In this document: piece after piece, positions 1 through 12,471 of the stretch
Numbering within the stretch: position 1 is the stretch's first letter
Layout: every line of letters begins with the position of its first letter
DNA from: Amoebophrya sp. A120
Lineage: Eukaryota > Protista > Dinoflagellata
Direction: 5' to 3'
NCBI GenBank assembly: GCA_905178155.1
Contig: CAJINV010000001.1
Coordinates: 13,142,635-13,206,634, forward strand
Length of the DNA stretch: 64,000 nucleotides
The notes under the pieces: model-generated
Database searches by the model: none
The model's input: only the letters and a program-made list of their open reading frames with translations
Told to the model about the DNA's origin: nothing
Made by a program: the position numbers and the translations under genes

Positions 1-1191
1 AGGTGCCAATTTTATTTCGGGCGGACGGAAGAGGATGTTGATGCTGCGTTAACCCGTTTAGTTTTGAAGACGAGGACCCAGTTACCGAGTGCTGGTCCAT
101 CAAGTTTCTTGTTCTGTTAGTGTTCCCACTTCCAAAGGAAGAGCTCCCCTCGAGGTGATGATGTCGTGCGCCACTGGTTCCGACACCCAGATGGTCTATA
201 TCCCCGGCCTCGAAGTCCCCGCCCCGCCGCTGCGCCCCCGTCGATGTCGCGACCAGACTGATTTTCCGTGATGCTCGACGGTACCTCGGGCTGGCAAACT
301 CCAAATCCGGCAACTCGTCCAGGTCCGAGAGTGTCGTCACGTGGTTTGGCAGCACCTGCGCGGATCGGATTACCCGTCGCCGCTTTTTGCGCCGGTTTTC
401 CCGCGCTTCCCCCGAACAGTACGCCCCAATCATGGCAACCACGTAAACACCGTGAAAGGCGTAGTTCAACGCGAGATAGAGGTAAGCTGGCACCGGGCTC
501 CAATTGTCAAGATTCTGCCGTCCGTTACACTGCACGAAAACCTGGTAGAGAATTAGTGGGAGCGGAAATGTTCATCAAGACGTTTGACAATCATCATGAG
601 GCTGCTCGATAGACATAGAAACAGAATTCAAGAGACTTTCAAGTAATCACTATCCGCGAAGTAACATGAATAGAAAGCACTTCCACTTCGTCATCATGGT
701 CGGCATCCGGTAATGAAAACTATGTATACCCCAAAGAATTTCATTTTCGTCAGCACGTCCTGGAAAACGATGTCCACGGTAAGGGACAGAAAGGTGACCA
801 GCAGCGAAAAGGCAAACTTGACCGACCCGAGCTCTTGGAATCCGTTCGCCATGTACTCCGTGTCGCAAAGGCCCATGAACAGGCCGACGATCTTGAACAG
901 GTTGAAGAAAAGCACTGCAACGCCGTTGAAGACCAAGTGGGCCATGACATTGTTCTGCGTGTTGTTGACGCAACAGTTCTCCCTGCAGTAAGTGCTCCCG
1001 TTGTTGTAGTTATTGTTCACCAGACCGTAGTTATGTCCGCCGCCGACCGGGCCGACCCGAGGCGTGATGGTCTGACTAATGTCCAGTCCGATGATCAGGC
1101 AGCAGCAGGAAAACAGAATCCAACAGTGCCACAAAAAGATACAGTTGTGCTTCCAACTGTCGCCGACAAACTCGACGCCATACACCGGCAT
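1..1191 (-). CDS. Multi-pass membrane hypothetical protein, spliced, runs off window start
   Basis: ORF 694..1191 has several hydrophobic segments. A second frame opens after a CAG acceptor near 542 (VFVQCNGRQNLDNWSPVPAYLYLALNYAFHGVYVVAMIG...) and stays open to base 1. The junction between them is unresolved. Confidence 0.55.
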
Positions 1192-2010
1192 CCTGTTGAT
1201 TTGCAGCTATTCGCTGTCCTTCTCAAAACCTATCTAGTTTTGTCTTCACATCGTAGTAGTCTTCCTTATCCTTTGCTTTTCTCCACCACATCACGATCAC
1301 TGTGACAAGTATAGTAGAAGCGGTCAAAACAAACGTAACGGGCGGCTCTACTTGGGGCTGTCGAGCACGCAGAGTGTCGTCCTATTCCAATTATACCAAA
1401 ACAACCACATCGGTCCTAGCATTCAGGATGTTTCCCACGCACAGCTCCTGACATTAGAATATCGTGATCGTTGTTGCACAAATTATGAAGAAACACATCT
1501 GTACAAGTGCGAATTCTAATTCTTCTATCTTTATTCACTATCCTCCGCTAGGACTAGGAGTGCGCATCCGCATAATTTTTTTTGCATAATTTCCATTTTG
1601 CTTAGATCAAGAGCGGAAGCGGTGAAAGGATCATCATCATTTTCAAATCATTCCGGCGATGGATCTGCTGCAAGGATCTCGCTGAGATTTGAAATTTCAA
1701 TTTCAAGATGCTTGACGTTTTCGTTTCAATTTTGAAGATCAGTGACATCAACAACCAGGTCAGCTACACAAAGTGAAGATCGGAAGCATTTTGGTTGCAG
1801 TCCACCAAACAGCGAGCATGTCGAAGAAAATGAAGCGGACAGAGATGAACAGACATGTTGGCTCTTCAGAAAACTGGCTAGGGAGGAATTTACTTTCTCG
1901 CTTTATGCCGATATGTTCGCTGTACATCCATCTGTACCCGTTGAATCCTGCTTGACCCTCTGAATCATGTATGAAATTTTCTTTAGCTGTCTTTTACTTT
2001 GCCCTCGTAG

Positions 2011-3861
2011 CTACCTGCAGAAACCGGGAATTGATTGGATCGTGGGCCGAAGCATGCCACAGGTCGGACATTCGGGGTAGCCAACGGCTGGCAACAGTGC
2101 GGAAAACCGTTCTAAATTTACGGGCCGAGGAAACAGTGGTGTCCTCTCCACCGAGTCTACATCGTCCTGCTGCTTTACCACCCAAATCAGATACCGCAGT
2201 AACGCTGCCTCATCGGGTGCAGATTCGGACTGAGTAGAGTCTCGAGTGTCGCCATTCGTCTTATGCTTATCGTTTTCTTGCAGCTCGGTTGTAACAGTCG
2301 ACCCTCCCGTGGCAGCTCCATATGCTGCAATTCCAATTGTAGTTCCTGTTGCAAATATATTGATCCCTTCCATGTTGGTAGAAGTGCTTCCCCCCTCGAA
2401 CATGTTGTCCTCCACTGCAACTGCGTGGACATTTTCTAGGACTTGGCCGTGGAATGCGCAGACCGTGTCGCAACAATCGCAGAGCCAAACCTCAGCATCG
2501 TTCCAGTAGGAGCCACAACCAACACAGAAAGCCGGCGCGGCGTCGATTTCTTCTTCGTGTTCGCCGTCCGGATAATTCTCGACTTCTTCGTCTGGTGCAT
2601 TTTTTCGTTTAATGATTAGACCCACGTTGCTGTGCGCGTCGTTGGTGAAGTCGCACACTCTGCAATCCCATGAAACGCAGCTGGGATAAGAAGTCGGCGG
2701 CCCGTATTGTGCCAGTACTTGTTCCCCTGATAAGGCAGTTGCCGTGCCTTGGAGGATTCTAGAAGCACGACCTTCGTTTCTTGGAGGCAAACTGAGCATC
2801 GCGGCGAACAGGCCGGGGGTAAAGTTATAGCGGCTAGAAAAAATCAGCTGCAGCAGAAATGTCATCAACTGGCGCTCCAAATTCTGCGTGGGTGCCGCAC
2901 GACGTAATAAAGCGGCATCTGTGACGAAGGTGTTCGACGTGTTTCTGTTTGCTGGCGAGATTTTTTCCGACGCCGGCGGACAAACTTCTACTGTGGCTGC
3001 AGGACATGCTTGATGGTCCTTCGCTTCATCTTTCTCGTCGGTTTCTGCGTTTTGTTCTACGTCGACTCGCTCAAATTTCTCTGCCATGGATTTCATCAAC
3101 AATATTCCTTCGACATCCTGCGACTCGTTGACTACCACTTGGTCTGTTCGTCTCGAGGTAGTGCTGGGTCCTCCACCCAATGCGCTAGTAGGTCGTTTCA
3201 TCCGTCGGTCTGGTATCTTAATCTTTATGCCAAGAAAGTTGCGCAAAATATTCCTCCACGACTTTAAGTCTTCTCTGGTCAAGCGCCAGACGTGCTTAGT
3301 GCCGCTGCTCCCCGGTAGCGCCAGGCGACAGAAAATGGCTGTGCGGAGTAGGAAGTCGCGAGTACTCCTTTGCTCTAGAACACGAACACCGTCGGCTTTT
3401 ACGACTTCCTTGAGACGACGAAACGGATAAAATTCCGAGAGCCACGAAACATCCATGCTTGGCCTGCTTCTTGGCGCGGTCGTCGAGGAGCTTGCGGCGG
3501 CTGAGAGTACAGCGCTATTTGCCGTCGTGTCGACTTCCTGGTTCGAAGCATCTTCTTCTTTTTCTTTCCGCGGCGACGAAGTAGATGTGCGTGATCTTTG
3601 CGCTCTCTCTCCACCAGCTACTTCTTGTCTTGTCGTGGTGCTTCCGCTCGTTTTTTCTATAAATGGAGCGATGAATTCTTGGAAAAAATCCTCGCCGTAG
3701 CTGGAGCTCGCTGCTGTGCTCCCTCCTGCAAGAAAGACCTCCGGTTCGATAAACTCGACTTCGTCGGTGTTGAAGTGGATTCGCCGCAGCTTCTTCGGGC
3801 TGTGCTCCAGCACGTCGCCACGAAACGCGGAGTAATACCACGCGCGCGCGTCCTCCGACAT
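2011..3861 (-). CDS. Hypothetical protein with RanBP2-like zinc-finger motifs
   Basis: 616-aa ORF with WDCRVCDFTN, CVGCG and WLCDCC motifs. Confidence 0.65.
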   Translation of the reverse strand: MSEDARAWYYSAFRGDVLEHSPKKLRRIHFNTDEVEFIEPEVFLAGGSTAASSSYGEDFFQEFIAPFIEKTSGSTTTRQEVAGGERAQRSRTSTSSPRKEKEEDASNQEVDTTANSAVLSAAASSSTTAPRSRPSMDVSWLSEFYPFRRLKEVVKADGVRVLEQRSTRDFLLRTAIFCRLALPGSSGTKHVWRLTREDLKSWRNILRNFLGIKIKIPDRRMKRPTSALGGGPSTTSRRTDQVVVNESQDVEGILLMKSMAEKFERVDVEQNAETDEKDEAKDHQACPAATVEVCPPASEKISPANRNTSNTFVTDAALLRRAAPTQNLERQLMTFLLQLIFSSRYNFTPGLFAAMLSLPPRNEGRASRILQGTATALSGEQVLAQYGPPTSYPSCVSWDCRVCDFTNDAHSNVGLIIKRKNAPDEEVENYPDGEHEEEIDAAPAFCVGCGSYWNDAEVWLCDCCDTVCAFHGQVLENVHAVAVEDNMFEGGSTSTNMEGINIFATGTTIGIAAYGAATGGSTVTTELQENDKHKTNGDTRDSTQSESAPDEAALLRYLIWVVKQQDDVDSVERTPLFPRPVNLERFSALLPAVGYPECPTCGMLRPTIQSIPGFCR

Positions 3862-4272
3862 GGTTCGTCTTCATGGTTCAAGTAGAAGCTTACTGAGCAT
3901 AAATTGTAACGACCAAGGGCAAAAGGTAGTTCTGCTCCAATTTGAAGATTTGGATAGTCTATGGTACTTCTAGAGCCTGCCCTAAACAACATCAAAAGTA
4001 AGTACACGCAGTGAAAAAATTGATGATTTGGTGTGGTGAACAGACCGCGACGTAGAAGACACAGTTGAGACCACCAATAGGCGACTCGGGGAGTTTTTTG
4101 TCTCTTGTGGATGAGACATGCTGGTGCATCCTTTGCATATTCCTTTTTTCCCACTTTCCATTCTCTACAACTACAACTACAATCGGCTTCTTTTTAATGT
4201 ATGTGGCAAAGAACGAGTCAGAAAAAGTTCTGATGAATCTTGAAGACAGCTGCATCTCAGCAAATTCCTGCG

Positions 4273-6169
4273 CTACCCACATCGTCTTTTCACAGGGCTC
4301 TGTGATCGCGACACACGGTGAACCTCCCGCAGTACACTTTTGCTTAACGCCCGCGACTGTGCCGCTGCTAGGCGAACCTGGAATGGATTCTCGTTTTCCT
4401 TTTCCTCGCTATCGCCTTGTCCCGCATTCGGCCCTTCCAAAGCAACCGCGGGAATGTACAGCCGGGCCTCTGTCTGCAATTTCCAAATTTCCTTCAGCAT
4501 CTCCTGTTTCCGCAAGAACGTGTCGATCTTGGCCGCCTGCACTCCGCCTTTTTTCTGGATTTCTAGTGCGGCCTGCCGGTTCCGCAACCGCTCGATACAG
4601 TCCCGCTCGTACCGCTTTAGCGCCGGGGCTGTGGACGGCAGAAGGGTTTGTCTTTTTCCCGGATCTAGAATATTTGTACCCCCGTTGCGACTTTTCATGC
4701 TGGGCGATGAAGCTCGCTGTTGATGTTGTTGCTGTGCTTTTTGCATAGAACTCACATCTCCGGCAAGAAGAGCAGGAGGTGCGAAGGCGCGATCCCCCTC
4801 AGTATGAAGCTGATTCGCCGTGGTCTCGAGCTGCGCCAATGCGAGACCAAAAGACTGCGTTTCGTCGTGTGCCCACGGGTTGATGTTGCAGTTTTTGCTT
4901 CCGCTTTTTCCATCACCTTTTGCGGACATTGCCAAAATCGCCTCCTCCCGTTCTCTGCGTCGGCAAACGGCGCTGCTATCCACAGAAAAAAAACCCATCC
5001 ACATCCATTTTCTGCATGACAGACACATGATTTGATACGTGTTTTGCATTACAAATTGGATGTGGATGGGTTTTTTTCTGTGGATATTTGCGCAACTCCG
5101 CGGACGAAGCGTTCTTCTCCATTTTCAGATGGGTCAGCAGTTCCGCCATCTCGCCTTTCAACTTTGCCTTCTGCTCGGCGATGGCCGTCAATCGCTCCCG
5201 CGCCGCCGCTCTTGCCTTCCCCCTGCTCGACGGACTGCTTGAGGACTCGTTTGGAAAAATGTGCGCCATCGGCTGCTGCTCCGTTTCCAGCTCGATATCC
5301 TGCTCGGTCGAGGCTGAGAGAAAGCCTCCCTCACCATCTGGATCGAAGATCTGTTTCTCATGCTGCTGAACAAGCTCTGAACTTCTGTGATCTACTCCGG
5401 CGTCAGAGGAAGTGCTACTTGCACCATCGTCAGCTCGCAAATACCCCGGGAGGGGCAATTTGGCAGCCCATTTCGCTGGCACGTGCTTCTCATCTGCGCG
5501 TGCTCTGATGTCTTCGATTTTTGTCAGGCTCATCCCGTCGTCGCCCAACACATCAAGAACATCGCCTTCTAGATCGTCGTTCCAATATTTCTCGGTCGCG
5601 ATGAGACGTTTTAGCCACGATTCCAACTGCACGGACTTCTTATTTGTATCGGGCGACGGTGTGCGTGACCCTGACCCAGTAAAAGCATCATCATCCACCT
5701 CGTCGTCAAAGTCGTCGCTATATATGTCGTCCTCTTCGTCGTGCGACTCTCCATACGCCTCGCCTTTTTCACCGCGTCGGGTGGACTTTGGCGACTCTCG
5801 CTTCTTGGGGGACTTGCACGTGGTTGTGGTGAAACGGGTTTTCTTATCTTCCCGGCGTCCAGGCGTGACGCTTGTCGGTTTTTTAGTTGCAGAAGTAGAG
5901 AAGCTACGCTTATCCTCTACTATTCGACGCGGTGACTCGTAGGCAACGTTTCTCGGGGCCCAGCGCTGTTCTTGCTGCGTGCCTGTATGTAGTTGCTCCT
6001 CACTATCAACAGCCTCGAGCGCATCACCTCTTCCGCTGCGGCGCGCACGTTCCCATCTGCCCCGGCCGGGTTCGGCGCGGTATTCTGTTGCCGCTTTTGC
6101 ATCGACCCGGGACCACAGTCTTCGAAGATGATCGCTCTCGTGCTGTTGTGATGAATCTTGAAGCCCCAT
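4273..6169 (-). CDS. Hypothetical coiled-coil/low-complexity protein, two ORFs joined across a TIR intron
   Basis: ORFs 4976..6169 and 4273..5049 join in frame (ELRK|AVCRRREREE) when 4977-5086 plus 5 nt is removed. Confidence 0.7.
4977..5086. mobile_element. TIR introner, family D (110 bp)
   Basis: TATCCACAGAAAAAAAACCCATCCACATCCA...TGGATGTGGATGGGTTTTTTTCTGTGGATA; flanks GCTGC/TTTGC. Confidence 0.9.
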
Positions 6170-7504
6170 TTTACGTATTTTTGTTGCTATATCTTAGCAT
6201 TATACACTTTTTCGGACCTGGCATTTTTGATTTTTCATGACGCGCTTGTGATCTTTTGATGGACTGCAAAGCAGATGCAAAACCGTCGCCGATGACGGCC
6301 ATTTTTGCGCAAAAGTTACATAAAAAAAATGGTCATCAAACTCAAAAAGTTGGTTCTTTACAAAACCCGACACTCCACGTTGCGATCGCGTGACGAAAAA
6401 GAAACCTTTGTTTCCTCGCCAAGGCTGCGCTTTTTGAAATCTATTCTCTCTTCTCTGTATCTTCGGCAGTCGCAGTTTCGGCTAGTCGTTTCAAAAGCCG
6501 TTTCGAATCTGTAATCACTGCCTTTTTTCCTCTCCTCGCCTACGGCCACATCTCCTCTCCTGGTTCTACAATGAATTAGAAATGCCGAAAAGCAATCAGA
6601 TGAACCATATGTCTGTGTGTGCGGCTCTGGAGGTACTAGAACCAAAAAAGCAAACGACATATATCAAGACGTCACGACTCGATCTTAGTAGGCGCGATGG
6701 GCTTGTAGACCCGGAGCCCTCCGACCCCCACACCTTTCTTCACTGAGCAGGTGCAGGAGAGAAACGCGCATGATGAACAGAAGCAAATCGTAACACAAGT
6801 ACGATAACGACACAACAAACGGAGAAAGGAAGCTTCATGTTCATAATGATGTCAGGACAGTCCACATACTGCAAATACAAATTTGAAACGATATGAACGG
6901 AAACGGACGCAAAACCAACGAAAGTGCCTGATCGTATGTCGATAGAACGGTGGAGGGTGTTTCCTGGTTTCCTGAAAATGGAACATGAGTACGAAGATGC
7001 TGCAGCTTTCGTCACACGCCTTCTTATTTTAAAGTAGGTGTAGAGCAAAAAGTACTATTGCTCTGTCTCCGTCTCGTTGTCGCATGTCGTGGTATTTCGC
7101 TTACTTAAAAAGTTCTTTCGTTTGACAGAAGGTTTCTTTGTATAAACTACTCAGGGTAAAAACTAGACTTTTCGCTGTACTTCGCCAGCGTATGTCTGCA
7201 GAGCAAATACTTGTACGGAACAAAAAATAAATGAGGAACTGCGCCCGCCTGGGCGTGCTCGACATGAGGAGCAGCTCCACCGCGAGCTGCTGCTTCACTA
7301 CACTCTTCAATATCAATTTCATCCGATATCATAAATTATATGGCCGTGGTGATCGTGATCATACGAACCAACATACACACTATGAATTGGTTCTATGACC
7401 GTAATGGTAATCACCTATCACCAACGAAATAGAGTTGTGATATCCGGGAAGAGGTGGGCTGCTAGTACCTGGCCCCTGCAATTCGTTGGATGAGGGGGGC
7501 GCGG

Positions 7505-7789
7505 TTACTTTGCACCAGGACTGCTTTTCGGGGACTTGGGTGCAGCATTGGTGGCACTCGGTCGCTTTTCTGCGGACGTCGGGGAGCCTGCTTTGTGCTC
7601 TCTGTACTTCTGTTCCTGGAGTTTCCGCAGCTCAGACAAGGAGGAAACGCTATCGGTATTGCCTCGCAACGGCGGCGGACTCTCTGTGGCTGTCCCGCTG
7701 GGGCTGGGCGCTACCGGCGCCACTGCCGCTTGCTCGACCGAAGGGCGATTGGCGTCCGGCACCGGTCGGGTGTCTGATTTGTGTTTCAA
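7505..7789 (-). CDS. Possible exon of a small hypothetical gene
   Basis: GC-rich 94-aa Pro/Ser/Ala-rich ORF between AT-richer flanks; no recognisable domain. Confidence 0.3.
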   Translation of the reverse strand: MKHKSDTRPVPDANRPSVEQAAVAPVAPSPSGTATESPPPLRGNTDSVSSLSELRKLQEQKYREHKAGSPTSAEKRPSATNAAPKSPKSSPGAK

Positions 7790-8009
7790 ATAATAACGGC
7801 TTTATCTTCAACGTAGTCCCACTCCCAGTAAATCATCCACTCGCACTCACTCGTAGTACTGGACTATCACTATAGTATAGGAACAAAAACAAAAAGAGCG
7901 GCCGGATCTGCGTGAGCATTCAATGCTCGTGCAGAAAAATGCAGCCTCAATTAAAATCAATGGATGCCATGGATTGAAATGAAAAATCTATTTATTTCGA
8001 GCCAACCAC

Positions 8010-11000
8010 TCAAGTCGAAACCGGAATACCTGAAGACGCCCCCGTGTGTGCGTGTCCGTTTGGGCTAGGCGTTGGCGTGGTCCCATTCCCAGTTGGCTGT
8101 GCTGTATGGCCGCCATTTGCAACTGCCGGTGCCACTCCGTTGGCCGCTGCAGGCGTATCCACCGCCGGTGTAGGCGGTTGACCGTTCCCGGTCATACCAG
8201 AAGGCGCCGCGCCAGCTGTTGCAAAAGGCGACTCCAAGACAGTTGCAGCCGGACCTGCGGGGGAGGTGGCACTGCGGGGTCGCTCTGCGGAGCTCCTGTC
8301 TACAGCAGTTGCAGAGGACGACACGGCTTCAACTGGCGGGGGCGGAGACGCCGCGATTGTTGTGTTTGCCATTTGCGGCGGTGAGGGTGCTGAAGTCGTT
8401 GTCGCCGGCGGCGCTGGAGACATGCCAGTAGTAGGAGCTAGCTGCTGTCCTCCGGCGCTGTTGTACTGCGGAGAGAACATCGGGGGAAGCGCCATGGGCC
8501 ACAATGGTGAAGGAAAGCCCAATGAAGATGACCCAGAAGCTCCTGCAGGTGGTAACACGCTGGCTGTGGCAGAAGTGCCGGCAGTTGTTAGGAGCGGGTC
8601 TCCTGCAGCCGCAACTTGCTGGTCGCCAGGGTGCATTCCTGGCGTTGGCAATCCCGCGGGCGGAGCAGGCGAAACGCCGGCCATTGTTGGAACTCCACCT
8701 GCTCCGGGTGCCGCTCCACCGGGGAACAGTGTTGTCGTTCCGGGCGACGGCGCAAGTCCTGTTGGAACGACTGGTGTCCCGACGGCGCTCCCCGGATTAC
8801 TCTGCATCATCAGCAGCTGCTGTGCCTGCATTTGCTGCAACCAGAAGGCCTGCATCTGCGAGAGTTGCCGGATGGTGCTGTTCGTCTGTTCCACCATCGC
8901 GTGAAACTCCGGGTTCGGCGACAAAAACGGCGGCTGGCTTGTGGCGCTCACTCCACTCATGTCGGAGGGTGACCGCGCAAATGCCGGCGCGAATGGGCCG
9001 GACGGACGGGAGCTGCCAAACGGCGTACTACCTGGTGGAAGCAGCGAGCCGACGCCGGTTCCAGGTGTGCCAAGCGGCGACGGCAGTATTCCCGCTTGCG
9101 GGGGGTAGAGCCCTCCTGGGGACGGAAGTGCCGACGAACCGGTCGCGGGCGTTGGCCTCTGGTTGTAGATATTGTAGCCCGGGGGGAGCAGGTGCTCGGC
9201 GCCTGCTGGGGGAGGCGCAAACGCGGAATGCGTGGGGAAAGGCAGTGACGTCGCGACAGGTCCACCTGTTCCGGGGGGATAGTTGTAAAGCGAACCAAGA
9301 GCAGGCGGTGGAGGCGGGCCACCTGCGGCGTCTGGCAGCATGCCATGCGGGCTTTTTACCGGTGAAAGAAACTGTTGTTCCGGCTGCGAAGAGGAAGACG
9401 ATCCAGGAGGTGGATAAAAATTTGGGTCGCCCCCAAAAAGCGCAGCACTAGTTGAGGGCGAAAGTGGCCCGCCGTACTGCGGACTGCCCGTGCTGTCGTC
9501 GGCTGCCATCTGGTCTCGCAAGGTGGCCCAGGCAGGGGCGGCTTGCTCCGTTTGAAATAAAGCGGTTGCGGGAGACGTCGTCGATGTGTCGATCTCTTTC
9601 CCGGGCGGTGGCCGACCACGAGGACCCCGCGAGGAGGAGCTGCTACTGGAAGACGACCCAGCACTGTTGTGTGGGAACGCGGCGTTCTGCTTCCGCATCA
9701 GTTCCGCCTGTTTTCTGGCGGCTTCGGACGTGGGTTCGCGGAAGTGCCGGGACCGGATCGCGGAGGTTTGGTACGTTTGTTCATAGGCAGGGTCGGTTGT
9801 GTTTTTGCTCCCGTGCTCGATTTTTCGCAGGCTCGCGGGCGCGTCCTCCACAGGCTGATCTTTCTTTTTGGTTTTGCCAATAAAAGTGTCCAGCCAGCCG
9901 GTGGATTTAGAGGACTTCTGCTTTTTGTCGTGGTCTCCCCCACCGTCTTCCGCGGCCTCGTCGCGATCCTCCTGACTGGTACCCGCACCGTGATCGCCCT
10001 GGTGTACGTGTAGGGATTGTATGAAAGTAATAATTTTCGTCTTCACTATCGATCAGGAACAGGAGGAGACTTGTAGTCGTGTCCGAAACAAGATAAGTAC
10101 ATACGATGCAGCGTTGTGTGGCTGCAAGTGCAAGGAGATTGCGTTTATTTTTACTGAATTCAACTTACCGCATCCTGCACCAGTCGGGATGGATTTGCCT
10201 CCTGCTTCGGCGTGCGCCCAGCTTTTTTGTCGCTCTCGCGGTAAGCCTCGTTCAGCTTTTCGCGCTCTATCGGAATCTCGGCCCGACAAGTTGGGCAAAC
10301 TTGTTGCATCACCTGCGGTGAGTTGATGTTGATCATTGCGAAAACTATTGCCAAGCTCGACATTCGTTGTATCTCATTTTGCCTTCCCACAACCATGCAT
10401 CAATCAGACATTCAACTGTGCTCAACGTCAGACAAAACATTATACCAGCCATGATTTGAGGCAATCCACGTGAAAGATGTGGTTGCACGGCAGAATGACG
10501 CTCCCTTCGTTTAAGTCGTCGCGACAAATGATACAAGTTTCCGCAGCCTTCAGCTCTTCCTCGTCCGCCATGCGAAACTTCGATTCGAAATCCGCCATAA
10601 TGCAACGATACCTGATTGTAAGATTGACGGCGTAAAAACTTAGTGGTGCGCATTCACGTTCTCGCTCACTCAGCTAGACCTAGAACTTCTTACTTTTTCC
10701 GCGCAAATTAAACGGTGCACAGTTCATATAAGTACCAGCATTGTGAGTCTGTATTTATAATAGTCATACCAAAAGCAGAAGCAGAACCAAAACCCACATC
10801 CCATCATATTTCTATGCACGGAATAGGTAGTTGTGGACATCGAACGGTAACTGAAACTGTAGTACTTTCGGAAGTTCCTCAGCCTGGTCGTGAGCTGGCG
10901 CGCCACCTGGATGATATCCGCCATCATGTAGATCGGCAGCCTGCTCGGATTCTGGATGAAGAAGACGCTCATGAAGCACAAAAAGATCGTCATGGACACC

Positions 11001-12471
11001 ACATCGCCGAGCAGCTCGAGGTAGAAGATGTAGGCGGCTTTGCCCGGCCACCCGTGCTCCAGTGAAGTGTCAATGAGGTGGAGCACATACCTGTGGTAGT
11101 CGTGTCCATTCTTCTATTTCATCTACTTGGAGGACAATCAGAACCAACACTTCCTTTGCATCTGTATCTATCTTGCAGCACCTGCCGTGCTGGCACTGGC
11201 AGCTTGTGACGTTAATGTAACGAACAAATTAGTAAGAGGACAAGGACCAACGTCAAAGGCAAACCAGAACTACAAAAACTATGTGAAATTCACTGTACTT
11301 GAGCATAGTGACGACGATCATTGCGGCCATGGAGAAGGACTCGAATATGGAGTTCTCAAATGTTACATTCTCAACCGTTACATGAATTTGTAATGCAAGA
11401 CTGGCAAAAGTGAAAGGAGAAAGATTGCGCCTCTTGCATTACAAGTTTCACGCAGATTTAGGCGCGGCTTAGCCCTTCGCAAATTTGTCATGCGGAGCAG
11501 CCTTATCGTGAGGATGATGATGGTGTTTTTGCATGACAGATCCATGTAACAGTTGAGAATGTAACGTTTGAGAACCCCATATCGAACAGAATCCAGGTGT
11601 AAAAGGTCGAGTGCCGTCCGCTCGCGGCGTAGAACCTTTGCAGCGTCGCGATGTCGACCAGAATGAGCAGCAGCATGAGCACCGCGAGTTTTATCTTCAC
11701 GGATTTCTTCGGGGCCCCGATCTCGAACATGTGGGTCACCCGGATCTGCGCGATCAGGTGAAACATCTTCAAAAAAATCACCCCGACGATGAACTGCATC
11801 AGGCTCAGCGTGGCCACCTCTTTTTGGTCGATCGTCGGGGAGTAGAACACCAGAAAAAGGATTGTGTCCGCGAGAAACCCCCGGCCACTGTCAATCAGCT
11901 GCTCGATCTCCAGGTCGCGAAGTCGCCCTGAAAGATTATGAAGCAATTCATTTTTGTAGTTGCAAGAAAAAGAATAAAGCGAAAGCCGATATAGTATTTT
12001 CATCATAGGTGAAGAAAAACATGATCGATCCTGAAGATCAGGTATGATTCACGTTCAGGAAGATGCACCAAACGTCGCACTCAGTAGAACAACTAGGCTT
12101 ACCGATGAAGAACTTGAGCGTTAGCCATCCCAGCATGACGAACAGCGAGAAAAGGAAGTTGTACAGGACGGCAAGGCTCACCTGTTTTTGGTTCATAATT
12201 TTCATTCCTTTTGTAATTTGACGTAGAGGGTTACTTTTGCAACGAACCCTTTCCACAACCAGATGTAGAGACACACCTAGTAAAAATGCTCTTGAGATGC
12301 TTTTCTATTCTTGCCGCAGTCACACAGCATTTTTCGTCGGAAAACAGCTTGTACTTTGTCGCTGGCCAGGTGGATCACCGCAGGGTAGAACTGCTCGTGT
12401 ACACTCCAGGCATGCAGGCAGTTTAGCATTGCCGCCCCTGCGGACAGCACGAAGTACGAGGAAAACTTCAT
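8010..12471 (-). CDS. HRD1: ERAD E3 ubiquitin ligase HRD1/synoviolin-like, multi-exon
   Basis: N-terminus MKFSSY...HEQFYPAVIHL; GRLRDLEIEQL; FLKMFH; KYVLHLID...W..KAAYIFYLEL. Spliced RING-H2 reads CIICRDDL...LPCNHIFHVDCLKSWL|VMQQVCPTCR (exons near 10445-10612 and 10168-10311). Long Pro/Ala/Gly/Ser tail at 8010-~10000. Confidence 0.92.
11346..11581. mobile_element. TIR introner, family A (236 bp) in HRD1
   Basis: TATGGAGTTCTCAAATGTTACATTCTCAAC...GTTGAGAATGTAACGTTTGAGAACCCCATA; perfect TCGAA direct repeat; removal gives WILFE|SFSMAAM. Confidence 0.95.

Noticed and set aside
6660-6700. U2 snRNA-like CTAAGATCGAGT on the minus strand
   Set aside because: Lacks the GTAGTA branch-pairing sequence, stem I and an Sm site.
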